A DNA stretch of 44,167 nt. Origin: Moniliella sp. 'wahieum' (taxonomy: Eukaryota). Below the pieces are notes generated by a model. That model did not search any database. It worked only from the letters and a program-made list of their open reading frames with translations, and was not told the DNA's origin. The stretch lies in NCBI GenBank assembly GCA_003971905.1, contig RSEE01000075.1, forward strand, positions 310,001-354,167, in the 5' to 3' direction. The position numbers and the translations under genes were made by a program. Each line of letters opens with the position of its first letter. Position 1 is the first letter of the stretch. Shown here in pieces: positions 24,206 to 35,646 of the stretch.

Positions 24206-27200
24206 GAATTCATATCATTGACAGAGCTTAAGGCTGGGACAGGGGGAACGCTACGTCTAAACCGAACCGTTCATCTTGCGGGGGTTACTTGGAAGCGCCA
24301 CCAAGATTAAGGGACCAGGGGGATCGCCAGGATATCAGGACCCTCCGGCTCACGCCATCCGGTCCCGTACCCTAGGAAGCGCGTGTGGACACGGAGGAAC
24401 GTGGTTGACATACGAGCGAGGAACCATTTCCACTGAGACTTAGTAGCCAACTCCTTCCAATGCGCAAACAACTTGCCCGCCGTCTTGGTGCCGTAGTATC
24501 CTCGCGTCGTCAAAACCAGGGGGAAAAACGGTTCTTGAGTGCGTCCCTGGTACTTGGCGTTCTTGTCGCATTCTGCTTGTTCAAGCAGCCGAAGCAGTTC
24601 CTTCTCCCGGCGTTCCAAAGGCGACGCAGTGCTCTCATGCACCACCCGCCGGTACGCGCTCTGCGCCTCCTGCGATCCCGTGTCGCGCAGCGTGTGTCTA
24701 CCTCCATTCCGGTTCCTCCCAGTGCTCCGGGCCCCATCACGGTAATCGGTGCGCTGTGCCTTCCGTCCGCGCCTCGTCCCATCCTCTTCCTCCACCATAG
24801 GTTCGTTGTGGACGTGGGTGTCGGGGATGGAGCGGAGGAGCTGGAGAATGGGCTCCCGCACTGCCTCATGCAACGCACCAAACTTGGCCTGGGTGCGGGT
24901 GCAGGACATGATGTGTTCCAGCGAGGACATGACGCCGCACTTGCACATGCTGCGCGTGGTGCGGCACAGCGTGCGGAGCTGGAGACCAACCTGGACCTGC
25001 TGGTCAGAGAGCTTGAGGTACGGGACGGATGGAATAGCGGAGAGCCAGTTGTGGCTCAGCGGGTTGCTGTGCTCAACCACATGACGACCATCGGCAGCGT
25101 CCAGCTTCTGGAGCAGCTCCTGTCGACTTTGCTCCCACATCTCGCGGCAGCGCTGGCGTTGCTTCGTAAATGCGTTGGCCCTTGCCGTTTGCGGTCCCGA
25201 ACGGTCAACATAAGTGGTAATAAGGTAGTCGTTGACCTCGTTGGCCGCGGCACGGGCGTGGGGCGCAATATACGAGTAAGCAAGCGGGCTGCCACATCCT
25301 CCCAGCCGAAGAGGCAGGCTCATGAGCATGTCGAAGTGGTCGTCCTTGGGATCCTCGTCGCCCCGGATCCGTCTGAACTCCGTACAGATGAAGGCATCAA
25401 TCTCGGCCAGCACGTCGTCTAGCTCTCCTTCCATCTGCATGGTGCGGAGCAGGTGGCGCAGCTTGGTCTGAGTGCTGAGCCGCCATAGTAAGGGCGTCCC
25501 TGGCGGGTGATGCCATCAAATTAGGCATGTTCTCCCTCAGACTGGCCAGTTGGGCCCGGAGCCACGATCGACGACAGTCTACCCCTCCCACAAGTGCCCA
25601 GAACCTGCAGACCATCCACCCGAATCTGGTCCCGGTCCCGCTCGACACACTTGCGCAGGTTGAGCTTGAGGCCTGACGCGTCGTCGTCTTCCAAAATCTC
25701 CGCGGCTAGGCCGGTAATGCCTGGCCCTGGACCGAAGATCGTAATGTCGTCCAGGTATGCCATCACCAGGTGCCCCGGCGGCAGGTCCTGTTCCAGTTTC
25801 TCCAGCGGGGCCCGCACTGCGATGGAGAAGAAAAGGGGGGAGGGGGTCGCCCTGCCGTACGCCCTCTGCCGACAGGACGTTGGTCTCATTTCCGCCCGAC
25901 GCGACCCAGAGCTGGGTGGGGGAACCATAGATCCATCGGCCCAACGTGAGGAGATGGGGGGCGTAGGATGGAGCGTTGGCGAGTGTGCGAACGGCGCACA
26001 GTGTTGAAGGCGTTGGTTAAAGTCGAGCATGGCGACGTGGCTGAAGTCGCCCAGTTCCGCATCGTTTTTCCCCGCTGGCGATGTCATGCGTCGACCATCC
26101 GTACGATAGGCTACACCCCGTTTTGCGATGCTACTCCAAGGGGTGGGAGAAGCCAGCTGTTGGGGGCGATCGCTCGAGCGATGGCCTTGGCGCACAGGCG
26201 TAGATCACTCGCTCCACAGGCGATGGGGCGGATGCCTCCCGATGCCTTCTCCAGGGGGTGAGGCGGGAGGCCAACAGGAGCTCGCGTCCTGGGGCGGTGC
26301 CGTGGAAATACTCTTGGTGAGGGCGGTGAGAAAGGCGACGAAGCGCTTGCATTCAAGGGCCGTTCGTAGAGGGGCTGGGTCCACCCGGATAGACCTGCCC
26401 CAACGTCGATTCTGAACGTGGCAATCAAGGCAACAAAGTCGATTTCGTCCAAGTCCACCACGATACGGTCACTGTCCGTCGTGTCGGTGAGGGTGGTGCC
26501 CGGCGGTACCACGCGGCCTGTGTGGGTGGGACGAGTGCGGGTGGTGGTGTTGCCAAAGGCTGTGCCCGGGCCGAGGCTGAAGGGGTTCGCCTCTCCAACG
26601 GGATGGAGCTTTTCCAGGCTTGCCTGGTCTCGGGGGTAGAGGGGCAATGGTGGATTGGCCGACGAGGGTACTTGCTGCGCGCTGAGGCAGCCCTCCCGAA
26701 TGAGGCGGTCGGCCTTGGTGACTGGGTCGAGTGCCTCGCGCGTTGAGAAGTCGGGGGGCGGAGGGAGTTGCCAGGCGCTGTTGGGGTACGTCCCGATGAG
26801 TTGTTGTCCTTGTTGTGGTAGCGGAGTACTTCCTTAGGCACCGCTAGAATATCCATCAGGTGTGCTGACGAGGGCTCCTGCAAGTAAGCGTCCGCCAAAC
26901 GGCCGAGCATCTGGAGGAAAGGGCGCTTCAGGTGTGGCGGTTCTTGCGTGTGCCGGGCGCTCGGCCAGGGCGGTCAAACGGGAAGGAGGTCGGCCCCGTG
27001 TCGGTCGAGGGGTTGCGCGGTCGTCTGGTGGCGGTGGTGGTGGGCGCGGCCGCGGCGGCGGGGGGGGCGTGTCGCGGGGCGCGGGGGGGTTGAGGGGTCG
27101 GGGTGGCGGGGCGGGGGGGGGGCTGTCTGCGCGGGGGCGCGGCGCGGGCGTGGGGTAGTGGGGCGTGGGGTTTCGGCGCCGTAGCCATTGGTTGGCTGTT

Positions 27201-27700
27201 CGGAGCCCAGCCGGGGGCTGCGGCGCCGGGGGCGAGTGGGGGTTGGGAGGAGGGGCGTGCCTTGACCCGGTACTTCGGCACCGGGTTCCTGCTTCGGAGT
27301 TGCGGGGGCAGCGGGCCCTGTTGTGGCCAGGGTTCGTGCAAAGGGAGCAATGATACTCGCGCTTGGGGGTGGGTCGGTGGCGGGGGGGCGGGGGGGTGGT
27401 GGGTACGGGGACGGGGTGGTGGGATGGGGTGGGGTGGCGGCGGGCGGGGCGGCGTGTCACGTGCCAGGACCCCAGGTGGCAGCAAGCCGGCGCCGGTCAC
27501 GTGGTCAGGCATCTGCTCAGGTTGAGTGAATGTCTCATCGACCGCACTTGGTGCTCTGGGGCCAAAGGGCGGGTGTGGGGGACGGGGCGGGAGCGGGGGG
27601 CGGGGCTCCCGGGGAGGGGGCGTCTCGGGCGCCAGGACCTCCTCGGGGGGATCCGCCATACGGGTGCGCAACACCATGGGCGGTGCCGGGGTGGTGGTCC
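24206..27700 (-). mobile_element. Non-LTR retrotransposon with restriction-like endonuclease (CRE/Cnl1/MoTeR-like), single ORF 27677-24307 broken by indels
   Basis: Pro-rich N-terminus with CCHC knuckle CSLCTNPGHNRARC; RT motifs GAGLSGW, GGIRPIACG, GVRQGDPL, VMAYLDDI, SGLKLNLRKC, LPLRLGGCG; C-terminal CKCG..HIMSC, NEP, RTD, KNAKY, FFPLVLTTRG (RLE). No APE domain. About 100-nt 3' UTR ends at the A5 of repeat B. Confidence 0.92.
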
Positions 27701-27896
27701 TTTACGTAAAATTACACAAGCATGCCACCTGGCACGTTTCACCCGGCGCGTTCCAGGCGGGCGCAGCCAGGCGGATGCGCATCTACAAATTCATAACGCA
27801 GACCCCCTTTTTACTTTACGTAAAATTACACAAGCATGCCACCTGGCACGTTTCACCCGGCGCGTTCCAGGCGGGCGCAGCCAGGCGGATGCGCAT
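27700..27896 (+). repeat. 83-bp direct repeat A (27700-27782 and 27814-27896) separated by repeat B copy 2; period 114 bp
   Basis: CTTTACGTAAAATTACACAAGCATGCC...CCAGGCGGATGCGCAT occurs twice, identical. Confidence 0.92.
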
Positions 27897-28074
27897 GGGT
27901 GATAAAATTCCGCCCGAGGCGTAGTGGTGAATACTATTCCGCTCTCAGCGTGGAACGGTGGACCGGTGGCTACGGTGGCGACGGGGGAACGGTGGCTAAG
28001 GTGGCGACGGTGCACCAAGCATCAAGCTGGGGCGAAGCCCCAGCTGACCGGGCCGTAGGCCCGTGGTCTTCTAG
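27782..28074 (+). mobile_element. Candidate non-autonomous mini-Helitron (293 bp)
   Basis: 5' A|TCTACAAAT...; internal 9-bp minisatellite ACGGTGGCN (~27953-28013); GNA-loop hairpins AGCTGGGGC-GAA-GCCCCAGCT (28025-28045) and CGGGCC-GTA-GGCCCG (28049-28063); 7 nt later CTAG|T. This matches the TC...hairpin-CTRR, A|T insertion hallmarks. Confidence 0.7.
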
Positions 28075-28335
28075 TCTTTCAAATGGGGGTGTAGAAAGGG
28101 AGATATGACAAAAGGGGTTGGCTGCCGCAGGCGCAACGGAGAAAGATAAAGTAAGAGGTGACGCGGGGACAGTCGTCGCAAAGATGCCGGAAACTTGGTG
28201 GTGTCATTTAGGCCAACCGACTTCGACTTAAGCGGGGGGCGACTCTTGAAGCTTGACACGCGGATGCGTGGCCGCTCGGGCCACCGTACATCGTTTAACG
28301 TTTAACTGACCACCTCGGAGCAACGTACTCAGTCT

Positions 28336-31300
28336 TTTTGAACATTGTTAAGCGCTGGGAACCGACGTCCAGCCCTCTTCGATAATTGATCTCGGCTTGT
28401 TTCGGAGATCAGATCGATCAACGTCAACCATCTCGACCATCAAACGGTCGAGCAAACCATTCATGTCGACCACATGGAGGGCGCTGCTTCTGCCGATGAA
28501 CTTGTCCAGGCTGTGGTGCGTGTCATCCTGCCGCGCATGTGTGAATGGGGCTGACGGGAAGGTGCCTTCCCCCCCCCGAACGACTTGGAGCAGCATGTCC
28601 GTTCGGCCCTGCGTGAGTTGGACCCGGGTTCACCGTTGTCTCAAGTGATGCCTGTTGTCGCCGCGCGCGTGGTGACCTCGTCTCTAGTCAAGAACGGCCT
28701 GCTTCCGGTGCCGGCGGCGATGGATGTTCAGCTCGGGGTCTGCGGTGGGGCGTGGGACCCATCCACTGTCCGAGCCTACCCGCTCTTGGCTCTCGGCCGT
28801 TTCCAACCACAGGGCGATCTGGCCAAAGCGCATCTCGCCCTCTGTGGCCACATGTTCCCTGCACCCCCGACGTGCGATGGAGAGGAACGAAATACCAGGC
28901 TTCGTCCTCTTCTGGGTGCTGCGCCCGTCCAAGACGCTATTTCCCATGGTGTCCACTCCATTCTTCAGTTGCTGCGTTCGGCTGCCTCAGACTTGCACAC
29001 AGCGGTCACGCCTGACCGGCCTGATTCTTGCCCGTCTCCCATTCCCCGGGATGGCTCGTCATCCGCGGTACAATCTCCACCCCTAGATAATGATTCTACC
29101 CACCTTTCAAATATACCGCTCTGCCCTTCCGATGTTTCCGTTCACCACTCCGAGGATCTGCAGGCTACCGGTGATGTCCAGCAACGGCTGCACGAACTTC
29201 AGCAAGGGAAATGCCCGTGGACGAGTATGCGCGCAAGTTCATGGACCTCCTATTTGATGTAGAGGCCTATCGCGACAGTCCCGAAATGGCGATGACCCTA
29301 TTCACGCGCGTCTTTCCCCGGAATTGCGCCAAGCCTACTTTTATGTGAACCACTCTTTTCAATTCAAGTCCCTGGATGAACTAGTCGAGTGGGCGGTTCG
29401 GGCAGAGTCATCGCAGGACGTCCTTCCCGCGACGGATGATCGCCCAGTAGATGTGCGCGAGGCTTCTCCTGCTGGCTCCATTTTGTCACCGAGCTATGAA
29501 TCCTGCGTGACATCCGATGACGGATCCGACCCGACAGACTTGGATGGAGCAGGACTCCTTGAACGCATTGACAGGCGTCATCTCCCCATCAGCAGAAGAA
29601 TACGTACGCCGACGTGGATTCAATTTGTGCATGCGCTGTGGGAAATCTGGTCACTGGCGTGACGCCTGTCCTCTGCGACTATTCGAGTGGGCGGATCAGG
29701 CGGAGTCATCGCAGCACGTCTTTCCCGCGATCAATAATCGCTCAGTAGATGTGCGTGAGGCTTCTCCTGGCTCCATTTTGTCACCGAGCTATGAAGCCTG
29801 CGTGTCTTCCGATGACGGGTCCGACCCGACAGATCTGAATGGAGCAGGACGCCGTCGTCGCATTAGCAGGCGTTATCGCCCCATCAGCAATGAAGAGTAC
29901 GCCCGCCGACGTGGATTCAATTTGTGCATGCGCTGCGGAGAATCGGGCCACTGGCGTGACACCTGTCCTCTGCGCCAACTAAGTGGTTTGCGGCGTGGGC
30001 GGCGAAACAGTGGGTTTCCGTCCTGAAGAAGATGGGACCAGTGGAGCAGCCAGGGCTATACTCATCCTAGGGCGGATCGGGTCAGGCGCGCCATTAAGGG
30101 CATGCGCCCCAAGGCGCCCAATTATAGGGGTAAGGGCCGCACTGTGGATGTGTATCGGGTCCACCTACTTCGTCCCTGATGGTCGATACGTTTGTCAAAT
30201 CGCCCAGAGTCACCACCCCCACCGCCCCTGTGGCCTGATGCGCCCATTGCGCGTTTCTTCTTGTCCCTGGTCCAGTTTCAGTATGGACCACTTCGTGCCC
30301 CTACCGGAAAGAGGGATTGGAACTTGGGTGGGGCGAGGTGCTCGACATGATGCGGATGATGGTCGACGGCAGTCCAAGATAGTGCTCATCCCGTGCAGCC
30401 CGAGTGATACTGCGACTCCCTTGTTTGAGCCGCTGACGCAGAAAGTCTTCTACGTGTTGGACCTGCTTACCGAGCGACCGAGGACCTCTGTTCACCTGTG
30501 TCCAGATGAGTGGCTTTTGTGACTGGCATTTCATCCGTCAACGTTTGACCACTACCCAGCATCCCCATGCCGGATGGGCAGTCTGTGCGGTTTGTCGATT
30601 TGATCAAGATCTATATCTGCACCATTTTACCAATTGCACGCAGTCCGATTAGCCACTTCTTCCATGCGGCTTCTTTTGATCTCACCACCTCCCGTTCCAC
30701 TTTCAGTATCCATGTTCGACATCATACATGGATCCCAGTCGTTCAACCGGGAGACCCCATGGAGACCGCACTTACGCCAGGGAAGGAGCATCACTTGGTC
30801 CGAATCAAGGCGACCAGCTCGGCCAGGAGTCTTTGGAGAAGATCGGCCTGAAGCGTTACGCGAATCGTATGCTTGTCAATCATGTTCTCCTCTTGGACGA
30901 GGGAGATTAGGTAGTGGTCGACAAGGGGAGGGCGCCTTTCACTCGGGCAAAAGTGACTCTTTGGGGATTGAAGTGCGTGGGCTCTTTCAAGGTTAAGTTG
31001 AAGGCGCACGGGTGTCTTTTCTCATTGATCATCCTCCCTGCATTAGAATCCATCCCATATAAGTGTCTCTGCCTTCGAACAGTACCGTTTCGACGCGGTT
31101 CTCGACGCTGTTCCGTTTGAGTGATGAGCCAGTGCCTCCTCCGTCCACGGTTGAGCGAGGAGAGTAGTCCTGGCTGTTTTATCAGATCTTTGACTCGCGT
31201 CTCCCCCATTATCAGCTCCAGTACTTTTCTTATTTTTTTGCTTCCCTGATTTGGATATTGAGGAATGACTGCGTCTCACCCCAACACATGAGGGAAATGA

Positions 31301-31540
31301 GTGCCTGTGCGGTGATCACTTGCTCACACGGAGCATACCCCGACAAGATCTGCTCCCAACAAGCGCGAAAGCGGGCTTCGGAGGGCCCATGCCGGGTGCA
31401 GATCCCGGCTTGCCTTTTGCAGTTGGTGTGCAAATTCAACGCCAATTCCATCTCCCCAGTGAAATAGAAATGAGGAGACCATCCAGCAAAGCATGGTTCC
31501 CGTGTTGGCGCCTCTTGCGAAACAAGGGGGCGGGATGCTC
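28336..31540 (+). mobile_element. Degenerate Ty3/gypsy (chromovirus-like) element, copy 1: gag with duplicated CCHC module, integrase remnant, no PR/RT/RH
   Basis: Gag-like LHELQQGK.PVDEYARKF...KSLDELVEWAVRAES; EEY.RRRGFNLCMRCG.SGHWRD.CP twice; integrase CQ...HRPCGLMRPL...PWSSFSMDHF...PDGQS; GPY/F-like VGSFKV...RIHP; purine-rich tract near 31520-31535. Confidence 0.8.
29385..29973 (+). repeat. Tandem ~297-bp duplication carrying the gag zinc knuckle
   Basis: 29385-29676 and 29683-29973 both run TCGAGTGGGCGG...CCTGTCCTCTGCG, diverged by substitutions. Confidence 0.85.
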
Positions 31541-31713
31541 GATGCCTGCCCGTTTCCGGGATCTGCCATGGACACTGAGGCTCAGATCTGAGGCTCCGAC
31601 CTGAGGGACTCTACTGACGCTGATGCATGATGCGCTGATGGCGCTGATGCGTCAGTGATTCTACGCCCGCCCCGCATTTTTCTCACCGATGCCTCTAATC
31701 AGCGCAATCAGCC

Positions 31714-32990
31714 TTTTGAACATTGTTAAGCGCCGGTAATCGACGTCCAGCCCTCTTCAATTCATTCCGGCTTTTTTTCGGAGGAAGCTAGGAAGGTCAA
31801 TCATCTCGACCATCGAACGGTCGTCGAGCAAGTCATCCACGTCGAGCACCATGGAGGGCGCTGCTTCTGCCGATGAACTTGTCCAGGCTGTGGTGCGTGC
31901 CGTCCTGCCGCGCATGTGTGAATGGGGCTGACGGGAAGGTGCCTTTGCCCCCCCCCCCCCCAGAACGACTTGGAGCAGCATGTCCGTTCGGCCCTGCGTG
32001 AGTTGGACCCGGGCTCACCGTTGTCCCAAGTGATGCCTGCTGTCGCCGCGCGCGTGGTGACCTCGTCTCTGGTCAAGAACGGCCTGCTTCCGGTGCCGGC
32101 GGCGATGGATGTTCAGCTCGGGGTCTGCAGTGGGGCGTGGGACCCATCCACTGTCCGAGCCTACCCGCTCTTGGCTCTCGGCCGTTTCCAACCACAGGGC
32201 GATCTGGCCAAAGCGCATCTCGCCCTCTGTGGCCACATGTTCCCTGCACCCCCGACGTGCGATGGAGAGGAACGAAATACCAGGCTTCGTCCTCTTCTGG
32301 TGCTGCACCCGTCCAAGACGCTATTTCCCATGGTGTCCACTCCATTCTTCAGTTGCTGCGTCCGGCTGACTCAGACTTGCACACAGCGGTCTTAGTGCCT
32401 AAACTCCCTGACCCTTCCTCGTCGTCCATTCCCCGGGATGGCTCGACAACTGCAGTACAATCCCCCCCCCTCAATAATGATCTTACCCCCATCCAACTAT
32501 GCCGCCCTGCCCCTCGGTTCAAACGCAGCACGCTCAACTTGATGATGAGAGAAGGGACAAGCAACATCTCTCTGCATGTGGACCAGGGTTAGATTCTCGC
32601 AGTAAGATGCAAGGCAAACGTCCTTCTGAAGGCAAGGCGCGAGAGGGAGCTTCAAAGCGCATGATGCTACCTAAGAAACAGCACGACGTAGTGCCTTCCC
32701 CACTGCCTTCGAACCGTGCCGCAGGTATATTGGAAGGTAAGGTGCTCCTCAAGATTCTCCAGAGTCGTCGTGAGGAAACTTCGCGGGTGATACGCCTACT
32801 TGGCACGCTGGACCGACTTTCCTAGCAGTGAAGACGAGTGGGTACCCGCCGCTGCGTTTCTTCACCTCGTGCCTGCTGTTCTCGACTTTCACAGCAGTCA
32901 TCCAGAAGCCCCATGTTCCAATCGTCGCCGTCTATTAATACGCGTTGCCTCCTCCAAGGGCAAAGGAAGAGGGGATAAGGTCACGGGTGG
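31714..32990 (+). mobile_element. Degenerate Ty3/gypsy copy 2: gag 5' region joined to chromodomain and polypurine tract
   Basis: 31714-32490 repeats 28336-29105 (near-identical in 31970-32390); then chromodomain-like ARWTDFPSSEDEWVPAAAFLHLVPAVLDFHSSHPEAP, PPT AAAGGAAGAGGGGATAA, then GTCACGGG (degenerate TGTCAC LTR start). Confidence 0.8.
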
Positions 32991-33714
32991 ACCGTAACTC
33001 CATCTATCTTTATTTTTGGCCTTGCCTGCATTGTTCGCGCGTCCCTTCACATCTCAGCTTCAAGCAAAATTCAGCCCTGTCTCATCTGCGTGTTGGCCAC
33101 GGCCACCTACCCCCCCCACATATGGTGCTCTCTCTATCATGGAAACGCACGCTGCCACATGCCTGTGAAGACGAAACAACTTGGACGAAACTACTGCCAT
33201 CGCGATGCGCTTTGCTTCTCGAGCGACGAGGTCACCGTGAGAGGGGTTACACTGGATAAACATGTTGAGCGCCGAATGGGCTCAAGAATGGGCCCAACAA
33301 TGGCCTGGGGCGGGGCTCATAGAAGGGTGCGCGCGTAGGCGCAGGGGTAGCGTCCAAGACGAAGAGGGTCCTGTGTTCGGGGGGGCCCAGACGTAGAAGC
33401 AGATGCAAGATCAGCTCAGCAACTCGTGGGTGGCCGTTGAGAGTTGAGTCTCAACTCTGAGAAGATGGGGATTTGGGCGTGGTCGATCCCCTGGATCATC
33501 GATCATTAAGATCATTAAGATCATTGCTTAGCGCTTATTGATCACACGTCACGAAACACCTCTAACCCTATACCTGCGTTTTACAATCTGAAATCAAGTC
33601 ACTCCCGGCGGACTCCAAGAACGCCGGTCTCAGATCTCCGATCCCTCAGCCGGCGGTGGACCAAGGCGCCTCGGAAGAACAGCGCCAGTCCTCCTTCGCC
33701 TTCTTCCCACCACC

Positions 33715-34710
33715 ATGGGCTACGACTTCATCTCGGGCGAGGCCGGTGCAGAAGCCTTGCTGAGCAGGTACGACACATTCTTATTCGACTGTGATGGCGT
33801 GCTATGGTCCGGCTCAGACCAGTTGGCTGGCGCTGCGGATGCCCTGGCCAAGTTGCGCAAGGCTGGCAAGCAGGTCGTTTTTGTGACCAACAACGCGTCC
33901 GTCTCACGCGCCAAGTACATCCACAAGTTCGAAAAAATGGGAATTGAGGCCAAGGTCGAGGAGATTGTGTCGTCTGCTTATGCAGCAGCGGTGTACGTGG
34001 CGCGGGTGCTGAAATTGGGCGAGTCAGCACGGCCGAAGGTCTATGTCCTGGGCATGGCAGGCATCGAGGACGAGCTGGCGATCGAGGCATTCCCTTTTGC
34101 GGCGGAACTGATCCTAAACAAGGCTTTTCTCTGCCTGAAGAGGGTGATACCTGGGCACCGCTTAATCACCCAGATGCCATTGACTCCGAGGTCGGGGCCG
34201 TACTGTGCGGAATCGACTTGAATCTGAATTACATCAAACTGGCCAAAGCGTACAAACACATCATGCGCGAGGGAACCCATTTTATCTTGACCAACGATGA
34301 CTCTACCTTTCCTGCTCCAGGCGGACCATGGCCTGGCGCAGGTGCCATGTCGTCCCCGCTGCTCTTCTCAACCAAGAGACGCCCACGATCATTGGAAAGC
34401 CCCACCAGCCTATCCTCGATTCGATCCAAGCAGTGTGCGTTGTTGTTCCTTTCTTATACATCGTCGAGCAGACGTCTCTTCCGAGCACATGAACTAACTT
34501 TCTGTGCGAACCAGGCATCCGTTCAATCCAAAACGCACCCTCTTTATTGGCGACCGCCTCGACACGGATATCGCCTTTGGCGGCCACGCTGGCATCGACA
34601 CCCTCATGGTTCTCACAGGCATTTCCAGCAAAGCCGAGGTGGACGCACCAGGGGCAGAGGTAGTGCCGACGTACATGGCCGACTCGCTCGCATCGGCGCT
34701 CCACGTGTAG
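33715..34710 (+). CDS. PHO13: HAD-IIA phosphatase (4-nitrophenylphosphatase / phosphoglycolate phosphatase)
   Basis: YDTFLFDCDGVLWSG (DxD motif I); VFVTNNA; NYIKLAKAY; FILTNDDSTFP...PGAGA; IIGKP; intron 34435-34514; FIGDRLDTDIAFG...TLMVLTG; TAG at 34710. Confidence 0.92.
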
Positions 34711-35646
34711 TGCCGGTCCAAGTTATGTGTGGGCTCCGCCCCGCTTACGCCTGCCCTTTAATCGATGCAAGATACTTCGTGCATGGATCCATGGGGTGGG
34801 AGGGGAAAAGACGAAGCAGGTGTGTGGGCAAACCTTAAGTTGCCTATTTACGTATGCGGGGGAACGTCGATCCCGAACCGATCCTGATCCTGTGGGGGTG
34901 GGTGGCCTTGGGCTCATGCAAACGGGGGGATGAGGAGTCTGAGCGGCGGCAGCGGATGCGTCCTTTTGTTGTGAAAGCACTGCCATCTGCTGCCGCACCT
35001 CCTGGGTCGTGCCCTAGCAAGTTGTATAAACGGTCTGCGTCTTCGGGTTGCTTCCCGTCGAGTTGTAGGAACGGTCGAGCTTGGCCCTTGCGCAGCCGCT
35101 TTGCAGCCGTGCCACTGTAACCACCCCAGGCCAGACCGCGGGTGGACCATAAGGAAGAAGCTATCGCTTCTGTTCCCGATCTTCGGCGTCCATTGTCCTG
35201 GCAGCACCCCGCTCTTGGTTTGCACCGTGCGTCCTGGCCATAGTATTCGGGTTGGCGTCCTGTATACTATCCAGGCGGAGCCGCACAAGGGCGGGTCATG
35301 GAGAGTGAGGCCGGCATCCCCGAAGCTCCATGCACCCATTAAACTATTGACTAAATCTACAACACCTGCGAGCTCCAGGTATCGCCACTGGTGCAGATGA
35401 CCGAGCAATAGGAAGCAAGAACACAAGGAGAGAGAAAAACAGCCTGCGAATACATTCGTGTAGAGAGCATGCGAGCAGAACAGAACATGAACAAGCAAGA
35501 GCAGCAAGACGGGAAGAGACTGGGGGTAGCATGCAGTCGTACGTGCGGGACTGGGAAATGCTTTTGGACATTGAAGCTGGCCCACTGCCCCCATACATAG
35601 ATCGACTACAATAGACAGGGTGGGCAGCTGCCGCACAATGGCCATG

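Noticed and set aside
24460..25422. Long antisense ORFs (also 1213-1992, 5142-5831, 5844-6614, 18807-19766)
   Set aside because: Shadow frames of GC-rich coding sequence on the opposite strand.
27701..27780. HDV-like or hammerhead ribozyme at the LINE 5' end
   Set aside because: No P3/L3/P1.1 for HDV. GAAA plus a stem is present, but CUGANGA and the UH cleavage site are missing.
24174..27896. B...A-B-A layout as Ngaro/DIRS split direct repeats
   Set aside because: The ORF encodes a non-LTR RT plus RLE, has no tyrosine recombinase or RNase H, and is oriented opposite to the Ngaro arrangement.
31536..31722. Shared LTR between the two gypsy copies
   Set aside because: It has TG...CA boundaries after a purine tract, but does not match the sequence before 28344 or after 32978, so no LTR pair can be shown.
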